The notes under the pieces: generated by a model
What the model was told of the DNA's origin: nothing
The model's input: the letters and a program-made list of their open reading frames with translations, nothing else
Databases searched by the model: none
Shown here: piece after piece, positions 12,849 to 26,713 of the stretch
Numbering within the stretch: the stretch's first letter is position 1
How the letters are laid out: the number at the start of each line of letters is the position of its first letter
Program-made: the position numbers and the translations under genes
Source: Gekko japonicus
Taxonomy: Eukaryota
Direction: 5' to 3'
NCBI RefSeq assembly: GCF_001447785.1
Contig: NW_015161415.1
Coordinates: forward strand, 208,266 to 272,265
Length of the DNA: 64,000 nt

Positions 12849-14082
12849 AAATTAACCTACGCTGCAAGATTGTTTTAAAGAGAAAACTGGTATTGGAAAA
12901 CCATATAAGCCAGCTCCTTGGAAGGAAAGGGGCACTCAGCTCTGCATTTATTTAACTAAGCACCTAGGAGCTGTGGTTTCTGTCATGAACTGGTACTTGG
13001 GGAATATGGTAAAATGAGTGAAGGCCAACAATGTGAAGTGATCCAGGGCTTTTTCCTGGTGGAACTCTCTGCTGAACAACATCAATGCCCTGCAGGACTT
13101 AATGCAGTTCCATGTGGCCTGTAAGGCTGAGATGTTCCAGGCATTTGGTTGAGGACAGCAATGGTTTCCATCTGGCTGGCACTCCTGTCCTTGCTTGTCC
13201 CTTGCCTGGCTGGTACTCTTACCTTCTGCCTCCCCCATGAGGCAGTGTCACAACTGAAGTTTAGCACCACAAGTTTAGGTTGGGACTCCCTCTCCCGGCC
13301 TTCGATGGGGCGCCGCTCGTGCCGGTGTCGGGGGTTAGGAGTTTGGGACTTCTGCTACTGTTGTACACTGCCCTGAGCCCTGTCTCATGGGGGAGGGCAG
13401 TACAGAAATAGAATTTAATAAATAAGTAAAGTAATGATCAGGGAGTGAACCTTTTCTGTAGTTGTGCCCAAGAAAGTTGCCTGGTGCTTTCTCTGTTTTG
13501 TTTTATGTACCAGGCAAAGTCAGCTGCGTTTTTGTAATAGCTGCCTGAGTTTTTGTAATAGAGGGATTTCCCCCCATCTTTTCCTGTTGTTGCCTTGCTC
13601 ATGATAATCTGGCTATTGTGCTGTTCCTCCTGCTCTGATTTTAGCCCTTTCTTCAATTTTATTTGGTGTCTTAAGTTGTTAATAATGTCAATATATTATT
13701 TAATGCTTTGTTAGCAATTTGTAAGTTGCCTATGGAGAAAGGTAGTATCATACTTTTAAAAAATAAATGGAACATACAGGGAATGTTTTATATGTTTAGG
13801 TTTAATTCCACTCACTACCACAAATTTTAGCTAAGCACTGTTATTTCATTGTTAAGTTGTATGTATCTTCACAGAGCAAGCTTGGATCCTTCTTTTCTAG
13901 GTTATAGACTGCTAATGGAATAGGAAGGCAGGTAATATTGAACTTCATAAATTCCATTCTCGTGAGTTAGGATACAATCCTATGTTTATTTTTCATAATG
14001 GCAAATATTATTTCATTAAAATATAGACTTGAATTACCTCGTTCAAATTTTAACTTTTTGTTTTTTTGTTTTGTTTGTACAG

Positions 14083-14411
14083 TTATGAATATTACTTTAA
14101 TGTGTCCATCTATTGATCCACTGAACCTCAACCAGTTGACCTATATCCGTGTGGACCAAAATAAGCTCACAGCCCCAATAAGTACATATGCCTTCTTCTG
14201 CTTTCCTCTCATACGCAGTATTTATTATGGTGAACAAAAGATTAGTTCCAACCAACGAACACAACTGAGGACTCCAGTGTTCCGAAGATATCTGACTCCA
14301 GAAGAATATGATGAAGCAGAAGAAAACCATGAAGCAGAAGAACACTATGATGAACAAGATCAAGATCACAGAGGAAGGGATGAAGACTATTTTGATCCCT
14401 ACTTATATTAA
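14083..14411 (+). CDS. OMD: Osteomodulin, last coding exon (C-terminal Cys pair, acidic Tyr-containing tail)
   Basis: Long T-rich tract plus AG at 14081-14082. Phase-1 join gives [10 protein letters not shown]...EDYFDPYLY*. 937+329 nt = 421 aa plus stop. Confidence 0.95.
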
Positions 14412-15174
14412 GTGATTGTAATATGCAGAAATAGCATATCATAAATAATGCCCATTTTAAGAGCAAGCTGAAACATTTCGGAAATATAATTTATTCATGA
14501 GCCAGCTGAAGTAGGTCAATATATTCTGCCCAACAAAACCAGCAAGTGTTTCTATGGCAAAGCTATACGCACACACACAAAAAGACCTCCTCAGATCTTC
14601 AAACCATGTAACTTGAGTATGGAAGTTCCTTAAATATTAGGTTAGATCATAAGTTATCTTCTGCAAGAGAAGTGGGGGCACAGAGAAGGAGTAGTTTTTC
14701 CAGATGTTCCCTTTCCCACTGAAAAGTTCCAAATAGCACTTCATATTATTTCTAAGGGTCCACCAATCCTCATTAGTCATGTTTTGGAAAGGGCCACAGT
14801 AAGAAGGGAAAGGCGGGAAAGAGCAGTTCTGTGAATGGTGCTTCACTTGTGGTGCTTAGACCAACCTATTATACCAATACAATCACAATTTTTCAATTAT
14901 ATAAAATATAAGGACAGCTTTGCTTGCATTCATCTTGCCTTATCTAAATATAAAACAAAGGAAATTTTATAGCATGGGATACAGCACAGGAGGCTGTAGT
15001 CTGAGTGGGAAACCAACTGAAATCTCAGAATTCCCTTACGTAATGGTACCCTTGGATCAAATTCATTGATTCAATGGAAAAAAAATTCTATCTACAATAT
15101 GTAATAACAGCTCACTGTTAAGGATGTATAACTATACACATTTATATTGCATGCTAAATACACAATCAAAGCCT

Positions 15175-15180
15175 AATAAA
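15175..15180 (+). terminator. Candidate OMD polyadenylation signal (another AATAAA at 15994-15999)
   Basis: AATAAA hexamers downstream of the OMD stop in AT-rich sequence; usage not verifiable here. Confidence 0.3.
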
Positions 15181-16067
15181 TCAAGTGGCAAAATAATTGC
15201 GACCTTAAAGGATCTGGACTGAACTTTTAGATATATGTTGCAATTTCATCATCAGCTTGAGTTCGACCCATAGATATAGATATAGATATAAAAAACAAAT
15301 ATTAAAAATAATTTTAAAAGCACTATAGCAATAACTTCTGCCAGACTTCACATTTTGCCATGCCATACATAGCATAATATTGAAATATCTGCTCAAGAGC
15401 TTAGAATATATAAACTGTAATATTAGATACTAGACAAAGTTGGCTAGGAGAAAAACTAGTTTCTCCATAAAGTAACACTAAACAAATGCTTTAAGGTTTA
15501 ATTTGAAAGTCTGCTGCCAGAGTAAGTTTTCTATAATGTGTCAAGCACACTTAATCTATAACGTATTCAAATATATAGGATGTAATCTACATAACACTGT
15601 TTTCCAGCCTATTACCAGTCATAAACATTTCAATAAGTTTTATATTTTAATCACAATGCCGGTAAAGAAGTCAACAGAAATTATTTCTCTTCAATTCAGT
15701 GACAATACAAGCCCATAATAATACTAATAATATTTTTTAAAAACACTTGGTCATTCTAAGTTTAATTTTTATTCCCTTTAACCATTAAAAAGATCAGATG
15801 CTGTCTTTGTGAGTGTTTTGAAACACAGCTTTTGAGTACTACAGGTTCAGGAAAAAGTTATATTGAACATATCATCTATCCTTACTATGCATTTTTAATT
15901 TATTAACATTCTAAAAAAAATTGAAATAATTTCTTTTTACTGTTTTCTGAAACAAAATGATATGGGTAATTTTAAATGATGTACTTTAGAGCAAATAAAG
16001 AACATACCAGAAATATTAATATTTGTTCATGAACAGAGTGCTGTATCATTACTGAACCTTCCAGGCA

Positions 16068-16322
16068 TATATCTTCAACTATGCATGTTGGTCATACCTT
16101 CACAAAGTTTTAAAATGATACTGGATTGGATCCAGACATCCTCAACCAGAGTGCAGCTTGTGAAAGGGCATGCACAAAGAAAGTTTCCTTTCTTTCTATG
16201 TTCTCTCCTTTCTTTCTGTGTTCCCTTTTACTAACTGCACTCTTTGTGGTTGTTTGGATTCAATCCAGTATCATTTTAAAAACTTTGCATAGGTATGACT
16301 AATGTACATAGCTGAAGATATA
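16068..16322. repeat. Imperfect inverted repeat, arms about 70 bp
   Basis: 16068-16138 is the approximate reverse complement of 16251-16322. Confidence 0.85.
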
Positions 16323-17960
16323 ATGTCCACATGAAGCAGCAGAACAAAGTCCTGCTGCTCCCGAAACCCTTGGGAACAGGAGGAGATGGGGGGGGGGAGG
16401 TTAGACAAGGACACAGAAGATTGCAAGATCCTGGGGAGGCTATTTCAGCTGATTGCCACTGCTTCTCATATTGCTTTGAAGGATCCCAACCTTCAGAATG
16501 CCTTTTCAGGTGTAGTATACACATTTGTGTGTTGGAGGGCAGGGGGCTTCAGAGAGCTACATTCTGCAAGTCCACTCCATTTATGGAGAAAAACAATATA
16601 AATGTTAGATATAGAATGTTCCAGAACAACTCTGGAGTAGTTTACAGAACTGAATCAGTGTTTACTAAAAGCTTTGTTTAACCAGACAGTGGTTATTAGT
16701 TAGCATCTTGGTTCCATGTATCCAGGAACTAATTTTCATTCATAGACAACCTTGAAATACAATATCCTATTGTCTATTTTGATTGTTCATGGACCTCTCT
16801 CTTTCTTTGTACTTCCACTGATCTTTACTCCTAATTTTATTAAATAAACTCTCCACATTGGAAACCCAGGAGATCATTTCCCAAAAGTAAAATGTAATTC
16901 TATAAAAGCTAATGAGATATCATGGATAGACAAATAAATTGAAATCCACCAATATATTTTCTTCATGCCTTGTCCAGTTTTGTTCTGTAAAATTATTGCA
17001 ACTTCTCCAAAAAGTGTACCAGTTATCTTGGCAAAAGTGTATACAGTCCTTAATCATTGTTCACTTTTTTGTTATCATGAAAAAATAGCATCTCCAGTCA
17101 AATAAAAACTAAATAAGATATACAGAAACGGGCAATATGAAGACAGCATGCAAGTCTACACTATAGCTTTCACGTACCTTACTTTCAGGTGGGGTAGCCG
17201 TGTTGGTCTGAAGCAGCAGAACAAAGTTTGAGTCCAGTGGCACCTTTAAGACCAACCATGAATAAAACTTTGCCAATGGACTCAAACTTTGTTCAAGTGC
17301 ATTACTTTGTAATTTTGACATTATTTTTTATAAAGAATTTTATTAGTTTATACACAGAAAGGGGGAAAGAAGGGGAAAGAAAAGATACAGAAATCTGTAA
17401 AAAAAAGTCTAATTTAACATTCTGCATGCAAATCTTCTCATAAAAGTATATAACCATCATTCTTATTGCTCTTCATTTAATCTTAGTTTCTCAGTACTTA
17501 TGTCTTAATCAGTCATAAAAGGCCCTCCATTGTCACATAATTCTTCTTCCATTTCTCCTTTAATTTTGACATTATTGACATTGAATTGTATATATTAAAA
17601 TTTATCATTAGAGTAATGAATGAGCCCAAGAAGTGTACTACATAATGAGAATGTGACATTTTAATAGTTCAGATAGTCTTCCTTCAGGTGACAAATTCCT
17701 ACCACATCGCAGCAAATACGAACAGTTGGGTTGTAGTTAGTTACTAAAAACAGCACCAAATGCACATGATTTCATCTGATTTTAAAACTGTCAGAAAAAA
17801 AACCTTGTAGTATGTTTCCACATGTGAAAGAGATAGTAGGGATACAATTGCATTCTCTTTGTGCAAGTATACAGCAAGGAATAATTTTAGTGCTTCCGCA
17901 AGGGCTGTTTTATATGCTAAACTCTTCCATGGGATCCAACATTTAGCATCTCATATCAGG

Positions 17961-18157
17961 GACCCTGATGCTGGGAAAGATTGAAGGTCAAAGAAGACGG
18001 GGACGGCAAAGGATGAGATGGTTGGACAGTGTCATCGATGCAACGAACATAAAATTGAGCAAACTTCAGAGGACGGTGGAAGACAGGAAGGCCTGGCAGG
18101 AGCTGGTCCATGGGGTCGCGAAGAGTCGGACTCGACTGTGCGACTGAACAACAACAA
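17961..18157 (+). mobile_element. BovB (RTE) LINE 3' fragment
   Basis: GACCCTGATGCTGGGAAAGATTGAAGG... with (CAA)n tail; ATCAGGG flanking duplication. Confidence 0.92.
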
Positions 18158-18454
18158 ATCAGGGTCAGGTGGTATATGTGTAAAGGCCGAATGTTTGTAT
18201 TCCCCTGGGTGTCTTGGGTAACATGGCCCAGTACTATAGCACAGCTAGCTGTTCTGCATCTTTGAGGACACGGTTTCCCTGTAATTCACAATCAAGTGCT
18301 AGGATTTGTTGCACTGTGAGGGCACTCACCTCAAACACTGTGTACCCTTTTAAAACCTCTTACATATAGGCACAACATAAATGTCCCAAGTTAGTCTTCC
18401 TAGCAATGAGGGGGAGACACCTGAAATATGAACAACTTACCTTCTTTTCTGTCT

Positions 18455-19470
18455 ACTGAATACTGGGTTAGGACTGAGAGGCACTGCTCTGAAGTGGTTT
18501 CAGTCCAACCTAGAAGGTAAGTTTCAGAAGGCAGTGCTGGGAATCTGCTGCTCATCATGTTGGCCCTTGGGAATCCCACAAAGTTCCATCCTGACCCACA
18601 TTCTTTTTAACATCTATATGAAACCACAGGGAGAAGTCATTCAGATATTTGGGCTGGTTCATCACAACATACAGATGACATGCTTCCAGTAGATCCCAGA
18701 AAGGCTGTGGAAACTGTAAACCTAGGAGCAGTTTGGGGATGAATGAAGGCCAACAAGCTAAAATTTGATCCTAAAAAAATGGAGAAGCTACTGGTGAACA
18801 GAAGGACTGACCCAGGAATTGATGTTTCTCCTGCTTGGGATGGGGTTGCACTCCTTCTAAAGGAGCAGATTTGTAGCTTGGGATGCTTGTGGACCAAGAC
18901 CTGCTGTTGGATAAACAGGCACCAATGGTGGCCAGAGGTGAAGCTGGTGAGCCAGCTTTGACCTTTCCTGGTCAAAAAACATCTTGCTACAGTGGTACAT
19001 GTTCTGGTAATATCTAGATTAGATTACTGCAATGCACTCTATGTGGGGCTGCCCTTGAAGAGTGTTTTGTACAGTTGGTATAGAATGCTGCAGCCAAAAT
19101 GTTCATATGGTCATACGGACCATATCATTTCAGTCTTGTTTCACCTACACTGTCTTCCAGTTTGCTTCTGGACTGAATTTAAGATGCTGGTATTGACTTA
19201 TAAAACCCTACCTACACAGCTTGGGGCCAGCATACCTTTAAGGACCACCTTCTTCCATATGAACTTTTCTGTCTACTCTGGTCATCTTTGGAGGCCTTGC
19301 TTCAGGTACCCCTGCAATCTGAGGCTAGGTGTGTGGCAACCTGAGAAAGAGCCTTCTTGGTTGCAGCACCAAAACTTTGGAACTCCCTTCCTCAGAGAGA
19401 TTTGTCTGGCTCCCTCATTCATTATCTTTTGCCAGCAGGGGAACACTTTTCTGTCTCTTTTGGCCTAACC
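18455..19470 (+). mobile_element. Degenerate L2-type LINE 3' portion
   Basis: NKLKFDPKKME, SRLDYCNALYVGLP and LHCLPV motifs; a second short tail lies at about 19650-19930. Confidence 0.85.
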
Positions 19471-21659
19471 CCAGTAAACTTTTCTTGTCCCTCCTACCTT
19501 GTTGTGTTGTGTTTGTATGTGTATGTGTAATTGTTATATATTCTACATATAAATTTAAGTGCCTTTAATGTTTTAAGGGTTTTAGTGCCTTGTTGTTTGC
19601 CACTTTGGGGACTCTAGGTTTTAAATAAGTAAATAAATCAGCTTTGGGGCCCAATTCAAGGTGTGATATTGACTTTTAAAGCCTTATATAGCTTGAGACC
19701 AATATGCCTTAAGGACCGCCTATGCCCATATCATATGAACCTACCCAATCAGTAATCTTCAGATGTCCTTCTCTTGGCTGCCCTCGCCATCTGACCCTAG
19801 ATGGGTGGCAACCTAAGAAAAGGCCTTCTCAGTCATGGCAACAACATTGTAAAATACCCTTCCCCAGGGAGATTTGTCTGTCCCCTTCAATCATTGTCTT
19901 CTACCTGCAGGTGAAGACTTACCCGTTTCATTTCCCATTCTCTCACTGACCCTCCTTCCTGATTGTGTTTTCTTAAATTATTGTTTTTACTTGGTTTATA
20001 ATATAAATTTTTTTAAAAGCTATTCTGATGGCTCATTGTCTTGATAACCTTAAGCTGGGTGGCAAAGGAAAAATAAAAATGTTCTAAATAGATAAAATAA
20101 ATATTAGAGAAGATGGAGAAGACAAAATGATGGACTAGGAAATAACCCAGTAAGTCATCTAGTACAGTGATGGGAAATTTCTATGACCGCAGGATTAACA
20201 TCCATTCTAGGTTGGTGAATCTTCCTGCAAACCAGCCCCCTCACGTGTTAGGTTTAGTAGTTAAAAGTTCTCTAGTTAGCTATTAGACCACTTTATAAAA
20301 CTTCACAGGATTGGTGTATTTCAATCTGTTACCACAGAAGTTACTCTGGAATTCGGTTTCTGGGAAGGAGGGAGGGTGCCTGCCAGCCAAAAAACCAAAA
20401 TTCAAAGCAGGGGCCAACATATTAAGAGTCCAAAACGTTAATTTGGTGCTGCAGGCATCAAGAAAGAGAAACTGTCTACAACTCCATCAAGGCTAACACT
20501 TTTCTCTATTATCATCATACGTTTCCTTAGTTTTTACAGAGAACCGAGATGACAGCTAGTTGTGTTTTCCCCAGTGTGTCACCACGTTTCTTCAAGTATA
20601 GTTTTTAAAAATTTGTACTGAAAACCTAACACAATTCAGTTGTGAGCTCACGGTAGCACTCTTGTCTTATCATGTGAGGAGGAGCAGCCTATGGTATGGA
20701 AGGTAATGCTGTATCACCTCCTCCATGCTTTTTAAAAAATTAATCACTAGGGAAGTTTAGAAAGACTTTCTCCATCTCAGCAGTTATGGCCAGCCTTGTC
20801 AGTTTAACCATGCTTCTCCTTAAAGCCAGAGGAAAAAAATCTGTCTCCTCCCCTCAGTAGTCTTTTTGGCTGTTATCCAGAAGAACTCTTCCTCTCCAAT
20901 TGAACTTTTAGCCTATCTGGGTGTAGAGGAGCTGAGGGGGTGTAATTTTTAATGAAAAAAATGTTGCAGAGACACACTTTTAAAAACACTTCAGTTTATA
21001 CTGGTCTTCTACTTTAGACTACACTTCATAAAAGAAAAGGCTTTCACAGAACAGCTACATACCTGAAAAAAGCTGTGACTAAGCCACAATCCAAACATTC
21101 AGAAAAAAATGCAATTATTATTCTGGATCTGCATCATTTAGGAATTGAAGATTACATATTTTAATTTTGTCCAAATAGAGGGAAAGCGTCTGCATACCAA
21201 AAGGTATCATATTAAAAGAAAGGGTAAGCGAGAACCCTTCTCAATGACATGCCAGCTTTCCACTGAAAGTTATTTTGTGTGGAACTCTGATACTCCGAGA
21301 CCCTGCCCCCATTCTGCAATAATATAGCTTCTAAAGAATTTCTGACTCTTTCAGCACTTCCAAGAAAATGTTCCAATCTGTGCATGTAGTGGGGGGAGGG
21401 ATAATGCTACAATGAATCACTATGCAGTGATGTACATTGAACCAATCCACACTTCATATGGTTATAGTGTTTGAGGCATGTATACTAAAGTTTACTGCAG
21501 TGAACATTGTAAAAAGTGAACAGAGAATATATATAGGATTGTACATGCTGTATTCTGTCCTTGACCTGATAATGATATTCCATGTAATAGGGAAACTAAA
21601 GCATATTAAAGGACTACATACTGTATTTACCTGAAAGGAAGAAAGCCCTGAATATAAAA

Positions 21660-22536
21660 CAATCATCCTAAAAAGGGGGGGGGATCTGCACAATGAGACA
21701 AAGAGTGCTGGACAGGCGACTTTGAACACTGACCCGGTAGAATACGCCTCAACGGTGAGGAGAAGGTAGGCGGTAGGCGGATCACTGCGGGATCGAGCTT
21801 CAGAGCCAAAGTCGACATTGAGGGCTTTGATTTCGGCTTAGCCAACTGTTTGTCTTCATGCTTTTTAGACTTATGCTTTAGGGGTTTCACATTATCAGAG
21901 TGTTTTTGTAGAGCAGAAGACTGGGATGCGACTGAAGACATCGCAGGGCGCAAAGCTGCCTCAAGGAGAGACATTCGAAGTCGGGCGGCCCTATTTCTGT
22001 GGGCCTGACGGGTGAAGTTCGCACAATGAGGACAGGAATCAACCCGGTGAGACTCGCCCAGATAAAACAAACAAAGATCGTGGCCGTCATTGGATGGAAG
22101 TTTGGCTGGGCAATGGCGACACATCTTAAAGAATTTTGTTCCTCCCATACAAACACCTCCGGCCGGGGGGGGGGGGGCAGACAGAAACAAAAGTGAAGAA
22201 AAATAGTAAAGATTTTTTTGTTTTTGTTTTTCAGAAGAATAAGAAGGAATAAGGAGAAATGAGAAGAACAAGAAGACGAAACTAGGAGAGAAGTACTCAG
22301 CTGAGGCAATTTGAAGAGTGACACTAGCGAGGTATGAACGCAAAGGCGGTCGAAGAAGAACTGAGTGGGAGGTGGCTCTCTCCCCCGCTCCAGGCATGAG
22401 CAGTGCGTGTCTGCTCCCCAGGGTGGGAAGAGAGCCGCCAAAAAGACTCATGAAGCAAGCTCTGGAATGTTCTCCAGTCGAGGTCGTGCGCAGGCGCCCA
22501 ACCCATGTGTGGGACTGCACAGAGACCACGACAAAG
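21660..22536 (-). mobile_element. DIRS1-like retrotransposon 5' fragment (gag/ORF1 zinc finger)
   Basis: FKMCRHCPAKLPSNDGHDLCLFYLGESHRVDSCPHC...RNRAARL fits the Cys/His pattern of vertebrate DIRS1 ORF1; CpG-rich relative to flanks. Confidence 0.75.
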
Positions 22537-23203
22537 ATCTGTAACTTGTATGTGAATTTAAGATGGACCCCTCTTTTTCTTGATGGTACATATAGGAAGA
22601 AAACTAGTCTTCTATTCAGGTAAGCAGGGGTAATAGACAGAATTATCTGCTACCTCTTAAGGTTTCCCCCCCACTGTGATTTACCAAAACTGCCTTGAGA
22701 CCTTCAAACACTCCTTCTGGGTCATACCAGGAGTCCATTTAGTCATGTGTTTCTTTATGCAGCAATGGGCAGCCAAATAGGAAGCACCCATATAGGCCAT
22801 TAAAACAACAGCCCTTCACTACAGCACATTCCTGCCATAAGGTTGTCTTCTTTCTTCTAGCTTGAGAGATATGGTGAGACAAATAAAACATAATCTCCCC
22901 AAAAAGGATAGTGAAAGACTGATGTTGCTCACTACACCAAGTAGTATAGTGAACCTTGACACAGAGAGTACTCCGTCTTTCTGTGTTATACCTCTGAGGA
23001 TGCCAGTCACAGCTACTGGAGAAACGTCAGGTCCTACAATGCCAAGACCACGGTCAGACAACCCGGAAAATCTACAACAGCTAGTATAGTGAATATCCCA
23101 AATTTTGGTAGCTAAATTAAAATTGGACCACTCTTAAATTCCCAATTGTTTTGGCAGGAGTTCAGAAGCTGACGAGCCCAGACCAGATGCAGATGCAATA
23201 GAA

Positions 23204-23631
23204 CAGAGGTGTCAAACTCATTTGTTACAAGGGATGGATCTGACATAAATGTCACTTTGTCAGGCTGGGCCATGTGTGCCATAACACGTAATGCTAGGTA
23301 CCGGAGAGGTAAACTGTATAAAGGACAGCAGCTGGTAAGCTTTGAGTTGGTGTATCCTCACTGCAAGGTCTCATGGGCTGGGTGGGGGGTCCAAAGGAAA
23401 ACCCGTATGGGTGGACTGGAGAGCCAGCAGTGCAGCACTGGGCAGATGCTCCCACACTGCTTGACAGCTGAAGATGAGGTTGTTCCACCACGCTGAAGCC
23501 ACAATCTGAGTGGCTCTGCCACTCCCCCCCCCCCACACAGTCTCCTGTTCCCTTCCTTGTACTAGTTGCTCGCAGGTCACATAAGAACCCTGGACAGTTC
23601 TGGTCCCCGGGCCTTATGTTTGACACCCCTG
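23204..23631. mobile_element. hAT (Charlie/Buster-type) MITE
   Basis: TIR CAGAGGTGTCAAAC / GTTTGACACCCCTG; 8-bp TSD CAATAGAA with central TA. Confidence 0.88.
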
Positions 23632-23764
23632 CAATAGAACCTACTAGCTTGCATCGGTGAGGAGGGCAGAGTATAAATCAAATCAATAAATAAAGACATC
23701 AAATCTCAGAAAATCATTGTAATACACACTACTAAAAGTGGTTTCTGAACCAGCTGTACACATT

Positions 23765-24165
23765 AGAATCATAGAGCTGGAAGGGACCTCCAGGGTCATC
23801 TAGTCCAACTCCCTGCACAATGCAGAAAATTCACAAATAACTACCTACACACCCCCAGTGACCACTGTTCCACGGCCAGAACATGGCAAAAAAAAAAAAG
23901 CCCTCCAGGATCCATGCCCAAACTGGCCTAGATAAAATTGCTTTCGGACCTCAAAGTGGTGATTGGCATTTCCCTGGGCTTGTAAGAAAGGGCCACGAGA
24001 ACTAAGCACTGATGGAACCCTCCCTCTCATGATCTGCCTAAGTTCACAGAATCAGCATTGCTGTCAGATGGCCATCTAGCCTCTGCTTAAACACCTCCAA
24101 AGGAGAAGAGACTACCATCACCTGAGGAAACCTGTTCCAACTGAGGAACTGCTCTGTCAGGAAGT
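23765..24165 (-). mobile_element. CR1 3' end (similar short piece at about 7990-8120)
   Basis: TAGAATCATAGAGCTGGAAGGGACC...CATCTAGTCCAAC tail signature. Confidence 0.75.
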
Positions 24166-24492
24166 TAGAATCAAAGAAGAATCAAATCTGAAGAAGTGAG
24201 CAGTGACCATCTTGATCTATCACATTATAATCAAAGTTCACAAGTAGATTTCAAACCACACATTTTCAATTTGCTATACATTAGGATGAATTGGAGAAAC
24301 AGCAAAAGAGGATAGGGCTTTCAAGAATCACCACATGCACATGCATATGAAAGCGTATACCTAAAATTAAACTTTGTTTGTCTTAAAGGTGCCACTAGAC
24401 TCAGACTTTGTTCAAGAATTATCACATTTATTATAAAATATATAATGTCAGTAACAATTGTCCTTAGGAAACCTTCATTCATTAAAATCCAA

Positions 24493-24562
24493 GAACAAAT
24501 GATGGAATAATAGACCATTGATGTGAGGAACAAATGATGGAATAACAGACCATTGATATGAG
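24493..24562. repeat. 35-bp tandem duplication
   Basis: GAACAAATGATGGAATAA(T/C)AGACCATTGAT(G/A)TGAG x2. Confidence 0.9.
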
Positions 24563-25879
24563 ATTTTTATTATTATTTATGTACCATTCCAGGCTTTATT
24601 TACATATCTTTGTTATGATCATAGATCAGCCAAAACTGACACACAGGGTCATCAGCACACCTACATATAATAAAATTTCCAAGTCACATAACGGGCTGAT
24701 TTCAATAGTACAGGCATTCCTTGTTAGACATGCCTTGTTCAACATTCCTTTTTAAACATGCTTCCTTCTTTAAATATGCCAAGGTGCAAAAACAGGCCAC
24801 TTTAAAGATGCCTTGCTTCATTTACTAAAATTACTCCCAATCTGTGCAGGGATATACTGGGAAATAGTTATGGGCAAAGAGATCAAATTTCAAACAAAGC
24901 ATTATAAACATAGATTGTAAATGTACTAAACTGAAGCATCCACCTCCATCTGAGGCGTTCCAAAACCAACAGCTGTTTTCAGATCTCTGGCTTTTGTGGG
25001 GAAATAAACATTTTTCAACAGCACAGCTTTGGGCTTTTTTCAACCCTCCAACTTAAACTACTCAGCTGATACATCTTCTTTTAGTGACCTAACTAAAAGT
25101 AACATAATACTGGCAAACCACAAACAGTTCCAACAGTGTTGCATTTCAATATAAAAATGTTGTTTGTACATCTGGGTCTTGTTTATCTTCACTGTCTGAT
25201 TAAACCAACAAAGTTTTTTGTTTGGGGTCTGTTTTTTCCTTAAAGAGGCATGCAGTTGTGAGAACAGTTCTCATAACAGGACTTAGGACTTAATGGCACT
25301 CCTAATGAAATGCCTTAGTATGCATTGTGTTTCTACCTCAAGTGTATTCTAAATAAAAGTACTCCAGTATTTTGTATGATGAGGTATCAGTCTGGAATGC
25401 TAGACAGACTTCTAAAAAACTGGAAGCATTACTACTTCTAATGTTGCTAAGGAAAGAACCGGAACTCATCAGTGGAAAGAAGTGTTTGCTGATGAATACT
25501 TTGAAGTTTATACTACAAAAGTTCGAGCTTTTTTTGTATGCATTCGAATTGCACTGCAGCAGTTTATTGCACCAAGTGACTAAAATGGAATGTGAATGTT
25601 TCAGCTCTACAGACATCTGAAACGGAAGTCAGCTTCTTTGTCTCCCATTAAAACACTAAACTTAATGAAAACCATATGCTTTTGCTTGTCTTTACTGCCT
25701 GAAGCTGAAGCTGATTCATTACATTTTTTTTAACAATAAGAGCAGCTAGGTTAACATATTGGGATCTGATTCAATATGTTACTTCTGCAAGATTGACTTA
25801 CCTTGAAACACTACTCTTTTTTTGCAGAAGACCGCATTCCAGGATATATATTACCTCTTGCTCCAGGAAAGAATGCTGG

Positions 25880-26049
25880 CACAGTTCCTCTCTACCCCAC
25901 ATAAAGTATTTTAAAGCCTGTCAATCTTTACAGTAGTATTTCAGCCTGTTGAAAATAATCCATGATTTATCTAGTCATTTGGAATTAATGGATAAAAAGA
26001 AGTGATTGCATTTAGAAAATCGTAAAGGTGATCTCAATCAACTAAAAAG
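25880..26049 (+). other. OGN: Probable non-coding exon 1 of OGN (start approximate)
   Basis: Donor AAG|GTAGGT at 26049/26050, about 600 bp upstream of the exon-2 acceptor (tttttccccccAG, 26654-26655), in repeat-free sequence. Confidence 0.4.
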
Positions 26050-26713
26050 GTAGGTGTTCTTCAAGGACTTATCTTCATAGTAAATGGTTTTGTCTTACAG
26101 CTATAGGACTACAGTTGTATGTATTTTGTTTGGGGTCTGGTTTTGTGTATATGGTATCTACCTTACATACTACCCTGGTATAATACTTTCCCTTGATAGA
26201 ATTTTTGCTCTTAAATGAACTTACATTTCTCTCTTAGTTTTCTATTTCAGAGCCAACATGGACAATAGATATGTTTTGGAATATATCAATTTTACTATAG
26301 AAAAATAGCTCTTAATAAACCATTAAAATATTCTTTTCATTCCCAGGCTAGGCTCAGCTGAGCCCTGCTTCTTCTTTTAACTATTTATTTACTGCACAAA
26401 CCAGATTCAAATTACATTTTATAAACACTCCTCTTAGCACTCAAATTCACAAAACATATTTTGCAATTGTATCAGCTTTTAGATGAAAACTTTACACAAA
26501 AAATGGTTAATTACGCTTATTTTAAGATTAAAACTATTTAAATCTAGGACACTAAGAGTTAATACTCTTTCCATGTTCCTTTTGCATTAGAAACTACTGC
26601 CAACTAGTCTACTAGGCTTTAAATATTGTTTTGACAGATTGCTTTTTCCCCCCAGTCACAAAGAATTCATTCTCCATAGCCCTTCCAGCTCAATACAAGC
26701 CTGATCTTTTGCA

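Noticed and set aside
24493-24562. CRISPR-like or other prokaryotic repeat array
   Set aside because: Only two adjacent units with no spacers, in a vertebrate locus.
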